Shown here piece by piece: positions 9,009-18,407 of a stretch of 64,000 bases of DNA. The stretch's first letter is position 1. The number at the start of each line of letters is the position of its first letter. Below the pieces are notes generated by a model. The model had not been told where the DNA came from and did not search any database. It saw only the letters and a list, made by a program, of their open reading frames with translations. Position numbers and translations under genes: made by a program. The stretch is taken from assembly GCA_040768245.1 (NCBI GenBank), contig JAXGNA010000008.1:1812-65811 (forward strand), read 5' to 3'. The DNA comes from Methanomassiliicoccales archaeon (lineage in GTDB: Archaea; Thermoplasmatota; Thermoplasmata; Methanomassiliicoccales; UBA472).

Positions 9009-10721
9009 ATGGACGCCCTAGGTCATTTCGAGGAACATATCAGGTCCAAGTTGACCGCCGAACTTGGCGTTTTGGGATTCTCAGGCGAGGTGGTCCTGGA
9101 AAGGCCGGACCATGAGATGGCCGATCTGGCGCTGCCGTGCTTCCAGTTCGCCAAACAGCTGCGCAAGGCGCCGCCGATGATCGCTCAGGAACTTTCCGCT
9201 CGCATATCTGCGGACGACCACATCGGCAGGGTCTGGGCGGACAAGGGATACATCAACTTCCGGGTGAACGAGTCGTTGCTGAGCGAGCTGGTCATCAGGG
9301 ATGCCTTGCAGCGCCGCGAGGAGTTCGGCAAAGGCGACCCGAGACCGGGGAAGGTGCTCCTGGAGCATACCTCGGTCAACCCCACCGGCCCGATACACGT
9401 CGGCCGGGCCAGGAACCCTTTGATCGGGGACACCCTGGCCAGGTGCCTGCGCATGTGCGGGCACGATGTCAGCACCGAGTATTACGTTAATGACGTCGGC
9501 AAGCAGGTGGTGCTGCTGACCTGGGCCCTGTCGAACCTTACGGAGAAGGACGTTCCGCCCTCGGAGCGCCAGAAGGACGACCACCGGCTGGTCGGCTACT
9601 ATCAGGCGGCCAACAAGATGATGGAATCGTCAACGGACGTCGCCAACGACATCGCGGTCATGACCCAGAGGTTCGAGGCGGGCGACCCGGAGGTGATCGC
9701 CCAGGTGCGCCGGACCGTGGACCTCATGCTCGACGGCATAAAGGAGAGCCTGGGAGGGGTGAACGTCTTCCTGGACCGCTACACCTACGAGTCGCAGTTC
9801 ATTCTGGACGGTTCCGCCCGGGCCATCGTGGAGCGGTTGAAGGCCTCCAGCTACGCCGAGATGGACGATGGCGCCTACTTCCTCAACCTGGAGGAGTTCG
9901 GGGTGCATGGACGCGATACACGTTTCTTCTTCACCCGGAAGGACGGCACCACGCTATACACCACTCGGGACCTGGCCTACCACATGGACAAGTTCCGGCG
10001 GGCCGATGAGCTGCTGAACATCCTGGGAGAGGACCAGAAGCTGGGACAGAAGCAGCTGGCTTCCGCCCTCAAGATCCTGGGCTCGGAGAGGTCCCCGGAA
10101 TGCATCTACTATTCTTTCGTCTCCCTTCCCGAAGGACGAATGTCCACCCGGAAGGGCGTGGTCGTCTATCTGGACGACCTGCTGGAAGAGGCCGTGGAAC
10201 GAGCGTACCAGGAGGTGTGCTCGCGCCGCCCAGACCTGGACGAGGAGAAGAAGCGCAGCATCGCCAGGGAAATCGGCGTTGGTGCCGTGCGCTACAACAT
10301 CATTCGCGTTCAAGCTGAGAAGCAGCTCATATTCAAGTGGGAGGAGGCGCTGAACTTCGAGGGGAACAGCGCTCCCTTCGTGCAGTACGCGCACGCGCGC
10401 TGCTGCTCCATACTTCGTAAGACAGGAGATTTTAATAAAAGCGCCGACGTATCGGTTCTGACAGACCCGTACGAGCGGAAGCTCGTGTGGATACTGGCGC
10501 AGTTCCCGGAAGTGGTTCGGCAGGCGGGGGACAAACGCCGCATAAACATGCTCCCCACCTACGGTCACGAGCTGGCCTCGGCCCTGAACCAGTTCTACGG
10601 CGCGGTGCCGGTGCTCCGGTCGGAGCACCAGGATGCCCGACTGTGCCTGGTGGAAGCGGCCAGGTGGGCATTGCGAAACACCTTGGTGACCATGGGAATA
10701 GCGGCCCCGGAGGAGATGTGA
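9009..10721 (+). CDS. argS: arginyl-tRNA synthetase
   Basis: 570 aa. HIGH-region 'SVNPTGPIHVGRARN' and a DALR-type anticodon-binding C-terminus 'FVQYAHARCCSILRK'. The gene starts 1 nt after the prf1 stop. Confidence 0.94.
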   Translation: MDALGHFEEHIRSKLTAELGVLGFSGEVVLERPDHEMADLALPCFQFAKQLRKAPPMIAQELSARISADDHIGRVWADKGYINFRVNESLLSELVIRDALQRREEFGKGDPRPGKVLLEHTSVNPTGPIHVGRARNPLIGDTLARCLRMCGHDVSTEYYVNDVGKQVVLLTWALSNLTEKDVPPSERQKDDHRLVGYYQAANKMMESSTDVANDIAVMTQRFEAGDPEVIAQVRRTVDLMLDGIKESLGGVNVFLDRYTYESQFILDGSARAIVERLKASSYAEMDDGAYFLNLEEFGVHGRDTRFFFTRKDGTTLYTTRDLAYHMDKFRRADELLNILGEDQKLGQKQLASALKILGSERSPECIYYSFVSLPEGRMSTRKGVVVYLDDLLEEAVERAYQEVCSRRPDLDEEKKRSIAREIGVGAVRYNIIRVQAEKQLIFKWEEALNFEGNSAPFVQYAHARCCSILRKTGDFNKSADVSVLTDPYERKLVWILAQFPEVVRQAGDKRRINMLPTYGHELASALNQFYGAVPVLRSEHQDARLCLVEAARWALRNTLVTMGIAAPEEM

Positions 10722-11212
10722 TGGTGGACATAAGGAAGCTCAAGGACGACGACAAACCGCAAGTGAGGACGCTGGAGCTATTCTGCATCCGCGAATATCT
10801 GGAAGGCTCGCTGCAGAAGAGCTGGGACGACCTGCCGGCCGAGCTCATGGAGCAGTTGGGCGCCTCCACCAAGGATTCCTACGAGTTCTACCGCGACGGG
10901 GGCATGAGCTATGTTGCCGTGGAGAAGGGACAGGTGGTCGGCTTCCTGTTCTCTCAGATCATCCAGCACGTCAATAACATCGAGAGGGTGCTGTGGATCG
11001 AGAACCTTGGAGTTCATCCCGACCACCGCCGCAAGGGCGTGGGCCTGAAGCTGCTTCGCCGTGCCTCTCTGGACGCCAAGAAGAAGGGCGCCAAGGCCGT
11101 GCAGAGCGTGGTGATGCCCGACGCCAAGGACGCGGTCATGCTGCATAAGAAGGTGGGCTTCTTCATCGACGGACGGAAGTTCGCCTTCCTGGACCTGGAA
11201 AACTTCCAGTGA
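10721..11212 (+). CDS. GNAT family N-acetyltransferase
   Basis: 163 aa from ATG 10721, which shares its A with the argS TGA (TGATG junction). Motif A 'LWIENLGVHPDHRRKGVGLKLL'. The track's 10487 start lies inside argS and I rejected it. Confidence 0.8.
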   Translation: MVDIRKLKDDDKPQVRTLELFCIREYLEGSLQKSWDDLPAELMEQLGASTKDSYEFYRDGGMSYVAVEKGQVVGFLFSQIIQHVNNIERVLWIENLGVHPDHRRKGVGLKLLRRASLDAKKKGAKAVQSVVMPDAKDAVMLHKKVGFFIDGRKFAFLDLENFQ

Positions 11213-11947
11213 TCAGAACTGGAGGATGAATTCCTCCTTTCCGTACTTTTCCTCGATGAGGGCACTGACCCTCCCTTTCTCCCTTTCATTTACTGGTATG
11301 CACACCGCCCTCTGCTCCAGCTCCTCCGAGAACGCTCGGACCAGGGCGTCCTTGACCTGGTCCATGTCTGGCGAACGCCCCAATTCATCGCGCAGGCAGG
11401 TCATCTGTTCCCTGGTCCGGGAGTGCTTGTCCTGCCTGGGACGAAGGACCCTCATCATACGGTCAAGGTCGGTGTCGACCAGGAGCGTCCCGTGCACCAT
11501 GAGCATGCCCTTCTTCCGGGTCTGGGCGCTCCCGGATATCTTCCTGCCCTTGACCACGATGTCGTTCGGGGGCTTGTGCTCGGCCTCCACGCCCAGGGAT
11601 CGCAGCATTTTCACGATGACCCCGCAGGTCAGGGCGTAAGCGTCCTCCGGTCGCGGGATCGCCCCCTGGTCCACGGTGAGGGAGAATATCAACTGGCCTT
11701 GATCGGTGAATATCGTGCTTCCTCCCGACATTCGTCGCACCAGGAAGACCTGCTCGTCCAGAAGCGCCTGCGGATCGACCGCGACCTCCACCTTCTCGAA
11801 GTAGCCCAAGGAGACGGTGGGCCGGTCCCTGACGTACAGATGTAACGTAGGGGGCATCAGACCTTTGGAGCACGATTCCAGTATCGCCTCCTCAAGGGCG
11901 ACTGAATAAAGCGGATGGCAGAGACCGGAGTCGACAAGGCGCAGCAT
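11213..11947 (-). CDS. lplA: lipoate-protein ligase A, catalytic domain only
   Basis: 244 aa. 'RRMSGGSTIFTD' and 'KISGSAQTR' correspond to the LplA motifs RRxSGGGAV.HD and KxSGSA. The length matches the Thermoplasma-type split LplA. Confidence 0.8.
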   Translation of the reverse strand: MLRLVDSGLCHPLYSVALEEAILESCSKGLMPPTLHLYVRDRPTVSLGYFEKVEVAVDPQALLDEQVFLVRRMSGGSTIFTDQGQLIFSLTVDQGAIPRPEDAYALTCGVIVKMLRSLGVEAEHKPPNDIVVKGRKISGSAQTRKKGMLMVHGTLLVDTDLDRMMRVLRPRQDKHSRTREQMTCLRDELGRSPDMDQVKDALVRAFSEELEQRAVCIPVNEREKGRVSALIEEKYGKEEFILQF

Positions 11948-11985
11948 TCAAAAATAAAAAGAAAAGGGATGGTAAAAGGTTTTGC

Positions 11986-14883
11986 CTACTTCTTCTTGGC
12001 CGGCGGGGCGGGCTCCTTCTTCTTGCCGGACATCATGGGCAGCTTCTTCCTGAACAGGAAGAGCACGACCACCACGATGATCACGGCGAAGATGCCGCCG
12101 TACAGCAACCAGGACTTCCAGGCAGCCTCCTCCACGGTCAGGGACTTGGTGGCGGAGTTGTCGGTCATCTTGGAGGCGACCTCTTGGGAGGTGCTCACGT
12201 TCACCTGCAGGGTGTAGTCGCCCTTGGAGTCAAAGGAGACCTTGAACCGCAGCTGACCGGTCTCTCCGACCAGAAGCTCGTCGTCCTGGGTGTCGTTGAC
12301 CAGCAGGATGGTGGTCTTGGCGAGCAGCTTCCTGGAACCGTCCAGGTTGACCTTGTACAGCTCACCGGTGACACCGTCAGCGGTCGCGGTTCCCACGTTG
12401 GTCACGTTGACGTAGATGTAGCCATCCTCGCCCTCGATGAACTTGGTGGGATCGAAGGTCACGGCGCCGACCCTGAGGTCAGGGCGGGCCGAGGACTCGA
12501 TCTTCAGGCTGTAGGTGGTGTTGGCCGCGTTCCCGGCGTTGTCGGTAAGGGTCAGCTTGACGGTGTAGGTCTTGATCCCGGTGTATTTGTGGGTGGTGAC
12601 GTTCCCATAGCCGACCGAGCCGTCGCCGAAGTCCCAGGTGTAGTTAGCGATACCGCTGGCGTCGCTAGAAGCCAGAGCGTCGAAGGTCAGGGTCTGGTTC
12701 TCCTTGGCGCTGGTGACCACGGTGCCGTTCAGCTTCACCGAGAACTTCACGGTGGGCTTCACGGTGTCCTTCACGGTGACGGTGACCGGCTTGCTGGTGG
12801 TGTGGTTGGCCACGTCGGTGACGTTCAGGTACATGTTGAAGACGCCGGCCTTGGTCCAGGTGTGGGTCACGTTCTGGTTCTGGCTCATGAGCACCTTGGT
12901 GGTGTTGCCATCGCCCCAGACCCAGTTGTAGCTGTAGATCAGACCGGCCTCGGTCTCGTTCATCATGTCGGCGGACCCGACGCTGTTGAAGGTGTAGGCC
13001 TTGTTCTGATCGACGGTCAGGGTGGACCCGAGCGAGGTCACGTTCTCCTTGGCGACCACGGTGGGGGCGACGCCGTCCACCTTCACGTCGAAGGATTTGT
13101 AGGCGACAAGCCCGGCCTGGTCCTTCACGGTCAGGTTCACGGTGTACTGCTCCGCGCCAGCGTAAGCGTATACGTAGGTCAGATTGGAGATCTCACCGCT
13201 GTTGTTGCCATCGCCAAAGTCCCAAATGTATCTCAGCGGGTTGCCGTTGGGGTCGCTGGAACCGGAGGCGGTGAAGGTCACGTTGACATCCTGAGCCACT
13301 ATGTAGTACAGGACGGTCGAGCCGTTCATCACCTTATAGGCGTCCGCGCCGGTGACTATGGCGGCCGCGGCCGAGGGGGCCACGGACTTCTGCACGGTCA
13401 CGGTGGCGGTGGCCTGTACGGTGCCGGAAGTTACGGTTATCTCAGTGTATCCAGTGACGGTGACTCCAGAGCTGGACGGGCTGATGGTGGCGCTCCCTAC
13501 CTTCTCGTAGAGGGCGGGGAAGGCCACCTTATAGGTGTAGCTCATGTCGGCCAGGGTCTTCTGGGAGGTGACCACTACGCTATAAGAGGCCAGTCCGTTG
13601 GTGACCGCTTCGGTGACGATGGTGGAATACTCAGCGACCATCTCAACCTGGAACCCGCTGGTATCATTGACCAGTCCCAGCAGGCCAGTGATGGTGTAAT
13701 CCGGGTTGACCGCCTCGGACACCATTATCTTGCCGGCAACGGAGAGCATGCCCACGGTGGTGACGTCGATGGCACCGAAGTTCTCCATCTCGGCCACGAA
13801 GTCGGCGAGCTCGGCAGCGGACACGTTGCCATCGCCGTCCCCGAACACCAGGTCGATCTGCATCTTGGCGCTAGGCAGGTAGGCGTAGTCCAGGCCCGGA
13901 ACGGTGTTGTCGTGGTCCAGGACCAGGGTCTTGGTCAGGGTCGCGACGTTCCAATCGCCAGCGGAAAACTCGAAGGCGTTCTCCTCGGTCTGCACGTTCT
14001 GCTTGGACAGGGGAACTGGCTTGACATCGTTGGTCGCTCCGATGTTCACGGTCTGCACTGATGCAAGCGCCCCATCGGCGTCGACCAGCAGGGTGAAGTT
14101 CCCTTCATACGCATCGAAGCTGAAGAACGGCGAGACCCCAGAGGTCTTTATGATCTTCTTCTCGGTGTCGACCTTAGGGTCAGCACCGATAAGGTAAGCG
14201 ACGACGTTAAGGGCGGGGGAACCGTCCACGGTCACATACCCATTATACTTAACGGAAGCGGACAGGGTGATGTTCTTGATCACGGCCGCACCGTTTATGA
14301 CCACATTGTTGGTGACATTGGTGGTGTGATCGGGGTTCGAACACACTATGGTGTAAGTTCCATTCGGGAGCGGCAGGGTTGCCGTTCCCGCGGAGGTGGT
14401 GATCGGCATGGAAGTGGTGACATTGTTCGCACCGACGGTCTTCACGATAACCGAAGCGCCGGTCAAAGCCCCGCTGGTGCCGTTCACGTTGACGGTCAGG
14501 GGATATTTGACGTCGGACATCTTTACCATGGTCACAGCTATCGTCTCTGCTGCAAGGTCGGTGAAGCGGTACACTCCATCGCTCTCATAGGTATAGTATC
14601 CGGACTTGGTCACGACCACTTTGAAATATCCATCGGAAGGGGTGAACACAGCCAGACCGTTATCCCCCGTATCCTTAGAGGGGATGGCGCTCTGCTGGTG
14701 GACGCCTATCAGGGTTACCTTAGCACCGATAACGGGATAGCCATTGTCATTGACGAGTATCGATAGATTGTTACCGGTAGTGGCGGCACTGACGTTGCCA
14801 GGCACGACCGCCAAAAGCGGAACGGCCAAGAGCATCAGGACCATCAATCCGGTCGCTAGCTTCCAGGTTTTGTTCAATTGCAT
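11986..14883 (-). CDS. large secreted, membrane-anchored surface protein with PKD and CARDB-like domains
   Basis: 965 aa. Signal peptide 'LMVLMLLAVPLLAVVPGNVSA'. PKD signatures 'IWDFGDGNNSG', 'WVWGDGNTTK' and 'TWDFGDGSVGYG'. CARDB-like segment 'PDLRVGAVTFDP...VNVTNVGTATA'. C-terminal TM helix plus Lys-rich tail. Many N-x-S/T sequons. A strong SD (GAGGGAGGG) lies 5 nt upstream of the ATG. Confidence 0.85.
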   Translation of the reverse strand: MQLNKTWKLATGLMVLMLLAVPLLAVVPGNVSAATTGNNLSILVNDNGYPVIGAKVTLIGVHQQSAIPSKDTGDNGLAVFTPSDGYFKVVVTKSGYYTYESDGVYRFTDLAAETIAVTMVKMSDVKYPLTVNVNGTSGALTGASVIVKTVGANNVTTSMPITTSAGTATLPLPNGTYTIVCSNPDHTTNVTNNVVINGAAVIKNITLSASVKYNGYVTVDGSPALNVVAYLIGADPKVDTEKKIIKTSGVSPFFSFDAYEGNFTLLVDADGALASVQTVNIGATNDVKPVPLSKQNVQTEENAFEFSAGDWNVATLTKTLVLDHDNTVPGLDYAYLPSAKMQIDLVFGDGDGNVSAAELADFVAEMENFGAIDVTTVGMLSVAGKIMVSEAVNPDYTITGLLGLVNDTSGFQVEMVAEYSTIVTEAVTNGLASYSVVVTSQKTLADMSYTYKVAFPALYEKVGSATISPSSSGVTVTGYTEITVTSGTVQATATVTVQKSVAPSAAAAIVTGADAYKVMNGSTVLYYIVAQDVNVTFTASGSSDPNGNPLRYIWDFGDGNNSGEISNLTYVYAYAGAEQYTVNLTVKDQAGLVAYKSFDVKVDGVAPTVVAKENVTSLGSTLTVDQNKAYTFNSVGSADMMNETEAGLIYSYNWVWGDGNTTKVLMSQNQNVTHTWTKAGVFNMYLNVTDVANHTTSKPVTVTVKDTVKPTVKFSVKLNGTVVTSAKENQTLTFDALASSDASGIANYTWDFGDGSVGYGNVTTHKYTGIKTYTVKLTLTDNAGNAANTTYSLKIESSARPDLRVGAVTFDPTKFIEGEDGYIYVNVTNVGTATADGVTGELYKVNLDGSRKLLAKTTILLVNDTQDDELLVGETGQLRFKVSFDSKGDYTLQVNVSTSQEVASKMTDNSATKSLTVEEAAWKSWLLYGGIFAVIIVVVVLFLFRKKLPMMSGKKKEPAPPAKKK

Positions 14884-15036
14884 TATTTCCCTCCCTCACG
14901 ATAGGCGCACCTATAGTGCTGACTGAGTCTCGGGTTATCTCGGAATAGTGTTGCTCTTAATAAAGGTTATCCAAAGGAAAAAACCATACTGGCCACCGCC
15001 AATATGAGGATGGAAAAGAGGTTTGCGAAGTATCGC

Positions 15037-16194
15037 TCAGGTGACGATCTCCGCCACCCGGTCCTGCTCGATGGCCCGCCGGACCTCCATGGCTAGGCGC
15101 CTGCCGGTGCTCACGCTGCGGCGCCACAGGGAGTTCGCGTAGGGGTGACCGACGGACATGTGGACGTTCGTCCCGCCGCCGATGCGCGGCGCCACGTCGT
15201 ATATGAAGAACTTGAGGTCCTTGTCCACGCAGGTCTGCAGGCAGAACGGTCCGATCATGCCCGGGGCGAAGTGCTTCTCCGCGGCCTTGACGAACTTCTC
15301 GGCCAGCTCGAACGCCCCGTCCAGAAGAGACTCCCGCATGGTGGACGAGTTGTGACCGCATACGGTGTACTCGGGGATGCGCTGCTTGTCGTTCAGGGCA
15401 AGCTGCTGCTCCGCCGGCAGGCGAACGAAGCCGTCCAGGGAGGACTCGAAGCGCCAGTCTATGCCTAGAAGCTCGATCTTGGAGCCTCTCTCCTCCAAGG
15501 GAGAATAGAAAAAGTCCAGATTGAAGACCGGACCGATGATGTACTCCTCCATGCGGGCGTCGGCCAGGGAGTCCTCCTCGATCACGCCGTCGTTGATCAG
15601 CTTCTTGGCCTTCTCCCAGTACTCCTCCGGAGTGGAGGCGGTGAAGAATCCCCGCTCCAGCTTCTTCTGCTTGTGGTGAAGCTTCACTATGGTCAGGGCG
15701 CTGATGTCCTCCGGTTTTTTAACCTTGCGCGGGGAGGGCATACCGGCCTGTTCCAGCACCCAGTAATAGTCCTTCTCCCCGCCGCGGTCCTCGCAGCGGA
15801 GCAGGTTGCGGGAACCGACCAGGGGAACCGCGAAATCGTTCTCCACCGAGTCTATGCCGCAATAGGAGGTGAACGAACGGTTGGGCACGAAAAGGACGTT
15901 CTCCTTGAGCAGACGGTCCACGACCGGCCCTCCGGTGGCGTCCTTGAACTTCTTGAGCATAAGCGCCTCGTCTACTATGCCCCTTCTCAGCTTCCCGTCC
16001 TTCTCGCGGTAGGCCTTGAAGTATTTGGTATAGGCGGAATCGCGTCCTTCCTGGCACACGGCCAGGGTGCGGAAGCCCTCCTCCACCGCGCCATCGCAGA
16101 CGTCGAGCGCGGAGTGCGAGGCGAGCACCCCTATCTTGATCTTTTCCGGATCGTAAGCCTCCAGTTTGCCCAGGATGATGTCCCTGTCGATCAT
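15037..16194 (-). CDS. purP: 5-formaminoimidazole-4-carboxamide ribonucleotide (FAICAR) synthetase
   Basis: 385 aa. 'IKIGVLASHSALDV', 'FVPNRSFTSYCG', 'MEEYIIGPVFNLDFFYSPL' and 'PGMIGPFCLQ' are colinear with archaeal PurP as I recall it for Methanocaldococcus jannaschii. Confidence 0.9.
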   Translation of the reverse strand: MIDRDIILGKLEAYDPEKIKIGVLASHSALDVCDGAVEEGFRTLAVCQEGRDSAYTKYFKAYREKDGKLRRGIVDEALMLKKFKDATGGPVVDRLLKENVLFVPNRSFTSYCGIDSVENDFAVPLVGSRNLLRCEDRGGEKDYYWVLEQAGMPSPRKVKKPEDISALTIVKLHHKQKKLERGFFTASTPEEYWEKAKKLINDGVIEEDSLADARMEEYIIGPVFNLDFFYSPLEERGSKIELLGIDWRFESSLDGFVRLPAEQQLALNDKQRIPEYTVCGHNSSTMRESLLDGAFELAEKFVKAAEKHFAPGMIGPFCLQTCVDKDLKFFIYDVAPRIGGGTNVHMSVGHPYANSLWRRSVSTGRRLAMEVRRAIEQDRVAEIVT

Positions 16195-16250
16195 TCAGCT
16201 CCCTCAGGAATGGTTAGGGAACGTCCCATAGCATATTAAGTTGTGCCAAA

Positions 16251-17483
16251 TCAGAGCGAGAGGCCGAGGACCACGATGATCCCCATCAGCGCCAGCGAGC
16301 CTATGAAATCGATGGCCGAGGACGTGACCGGGATGCTGTGGTCGTCCGGGTCGAGGGAGAACATGAAGGTGGTGACCGCCACATAATAGGCCAGGAAGTT
16401 GAGCACGGTGACCGTCACCAAACCGGCAACCAGACCCAGGGTGATCATGGCCAGCAGACCGGGGGAGGCCAGCCCGAGGGCGAGACAGACGAAGTGGGTG
16501 GCGATGCTGACGAAGGTGAAGACCCACAGGGCGAAGATGTAGATTATGGCGAAGTTCTCATAGCTGACCTTACCAGGCACCTTTCCCGGGAGCATGATAC
16601 CCATGTGCAGGAGGGAGGACATGCGGGAGGTGAGTATGCCCCCAAGGGCGTTGCAGTTCTGCAGGAACAACGGTATCAGCACCAGGAGCGCCGGGTACGC
16701 CACCAGGTGGCTTATCTGGTCCTCGATGGTCAGACCGGCGCCCAGGTCCAGCAGGATGCAGATGATGAGCACAGGGGAGCTCTGAACGAAGATGCGCTTG
16801 GCCTCCTCGTCCCTCCGGTACAACGCCTCGTAGACCAGGTACACCGTGATAACGAAGAAAAGTACCATCATCAGGTCGTAGAAAATCGCGGCCACGTCCC
16901 CGTTCCAGTTCAGCACCAATATGCCGGCCAGGAAGAGCATCGGCAGGGTGACGATATCTCCGGCCGCGGTGAGCAGCGGCGCGCTGATGTTGTCTATGTC
17001 CCAGTTCCGGCGGAAGCCCAGATCGGCCACGACGACGTTGACGACCAACAGTACCAGGCCGGCCATGACCCCGCCGAACACGGAGATGAAGATGAACTGC
17101 TGCATGCTGATGCTGTCCACGCCCAGAGCGGTGGAGACCACCTTGGCCAGGAAGCCCATGAGGAACGAGACCACCATGGTGAGGATGAGAGAGGCCTCCA
17201 TGTTCTGCCGGAGTATGCTTCCCTTGCGTAGGGAGAGCTCGAACGTACCAACGTGCATGGACGTTCCCAGGCGGCTTCCCAACGCCCCGAATATGTTCCC
17301 CCTCATCCCTATGGCCGCCGGGATCAGGATCATCAGGCCGGGGAGTAGCTCCAGGGTATCGGTCATGAAGCCTAGCGTCACGCCGGCCATGATGTCACCC
17401 AGGGATGAGATCAGCAGGGCGGTGAACCCCAGGGTGAAGACCGTTTTATTGTTGGAGAAGAAAGTCTTCACTGTCCCGCTCAT
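16251..17483 (-). CDS. MgtE-type divalent cation channel, tandem TM domains, no cytosolic domain
   Basis: 410 aa with about 10 TM helices. Two MgtE channel motifs: 'PGLMILIPAAIGMRGNIFGALGSRL' and 'PALLVLIPLFLQNCNALGGILTSRM'. There is no N-terminal or CBS region. Confidence 0.78.
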   Translation of the reverse strand: MSGTVKTFFSNNKTVFTLGFTALLISSLGDIMAGVTLGFMTDTLELLPGLMILIPAAIGMRGNIFGALGSRLGTSMHVGTFELSLRKGSILRQNMEASLILTMVVSFLMGFLAKVVSTALGVDSISMQQFIFISVFGGVMAGLVLLVVNVVVADLGFRRNWDIDNISAPLLTAAGDIVTLPMLFLAGILVLNWNGDVAAIFYDLMMVLFFVITVYLVYEALYRRDEEAKRIFVQSSPVLIICILLDLGAGLTIEDQISHLVAYPALLVLIPLFLQNCNALGGILTSRMSSLLHMGIMLPGKVPGKVSYENFAIIYIFALWVFTFVSIATHFVCLALGLASPGLLAMITLGLVAGLVTVTVLNFLAYYVAVTTFMFSLDPDDHSIPVTSSAIDFIGSLALMGIIVVLGLSL

Positions 17484-17756
17484 CCTAGCACCCGCTAGAG
17501 GTAGGATTTGACCCTATTAATAATAAGCCATCTGCCCAACCAGCTGGTCGCGACGAGGGCATCTGGAGCCCTATGCCCCCTAGACTTCGCAACGATGATA
17601 TATGGCTAACCTCATAAGGAAGGAACGGCGGGTTCGCCAGGCCATGACGGGCTGGTGGTCCCGTGAGGCCAACTGAGATGTCACGAGCGATATCCTTGTA
17701 TAACCCCCGCAACAGCTGGAGGCTCATCGCTGTGACCCGGCGCAGGTGTTCTTTTT

Positions 17757-18407
17757 ATGTATGACCTTGGAAGGGAGCAACGTCTGGACAAGTACGACCT
17801 GGCTCACGCCACGGTCAGGGAGATCCTCACCGAGATGAAGGACATCTCGGAGATCATGGTCGACCTGGCCTACGCGTCCATAATGTTCGACAGCGAGGAG
17901 ATCGCCGAGGAGGTCAAGAACCTCGAGGAGGACATGGAGGAGCTCAGCAAGAACATCCGCATCAAGGCCATGCTGTCCGCGCGAACCCACAAGGACGCGA
18001 CCAAGCTCTCGTCCTTGCTGGAGGTGGCAGCCGCCTCCAGACGCATATCCAACGCCGCCGGGGACATCGTCAAGCTCATGGAGTGCGAGGTGGACAAGCG
18101 GCCGTTCCTGACCTTCATCCTGAGGGAGGCCGAGGAGAAGATCAAGCGCCTGGTGTTGGCCGACTCCTCGGACATGGTCGGCCGTCAGATAGGCGACCTG
18201 GGCGTGGAATCGGAGACCGGAATGCGCATCATCGCCATCAAGCGCGGCAAGCGTTGGATCTACGACCCTGAGGAGGAGACCAAGCTCAAGGCCGGGGACA
18301 CCCTGATCGTGCGCGGTACCGATGACGGCTGCGAGATCCTGCGCTCCTTCGCCAATGGCGAGGAGAAGTGGCCGGTGTACCCGGAAGAAGAGGAGGAGGA
18401 AGACTGA
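17757..18407 (+). CDS. PhoU-like plus TrkA_C (RCK_C) domain regulatory protein, paralogue 1
   Basis: 216 aa. Helical PhoU-like N-domain 'EMKDISEIMVDLAYASIMFDSEEIAEEV'. RCK_C domain 'GRQIGDLGVESETGMRIIAIKRGKRWIYDPEEETKLKAGDTLIVRG'. Acidic tail. Confidence 0.7.
   Translation: MYDLGREQRLDKYDLAHATVREILTEMKDISEIMVDLAYASIMFDSEEIAEEVKNLEEDMEELSKNIRIKAMLSARTHKDATKLSSLLEVAAASRRISNAAGDIVKLMECEVDKRPFLTFILREAEEKIKRLVLADSSDMVGRQIGDLGVESETGMRIIAIKRGKRWIYDPEEETKLKAGDTLIVRGTDDGCEILRSFANGEEKWPVYPEEEEEED

Noticed and set aside
10487-10720. Track-proposed N-terminal extensions of the GNAT gene (10487), adk (19755..19811), GNAT copy 2 (20217..20369), archease (60978..61055) and proA (53580..53681)
   Set aside because: These extensions overlap upstream genes or add non-conserved, low-complexity residues. 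Internal ATGs coincide with family N-termini and with stop/start junctions.
12184-14061. 625-aa plus-strand ORF
   Set aside because: It lies antisense to the PKD surface-protein gene. It is Gly/Val/His/Asp-rich low-complexity sequence, typical of a shadow ORF in GC-rich DNA, and has no motifs.
17484-17756. Possible archaeal SRP (7S) RNA
   Set aside because: The size is roughly right, and the minus-strand 'CGAACCCGCC' and plus-strand 'GGAAGGAACGG' superficially recall helix 5/8 motifs. However, I could not find the conserved GGAA-tetraloop/AGCA symmetric-loop arrangement or complementary 5' and 3' ends.
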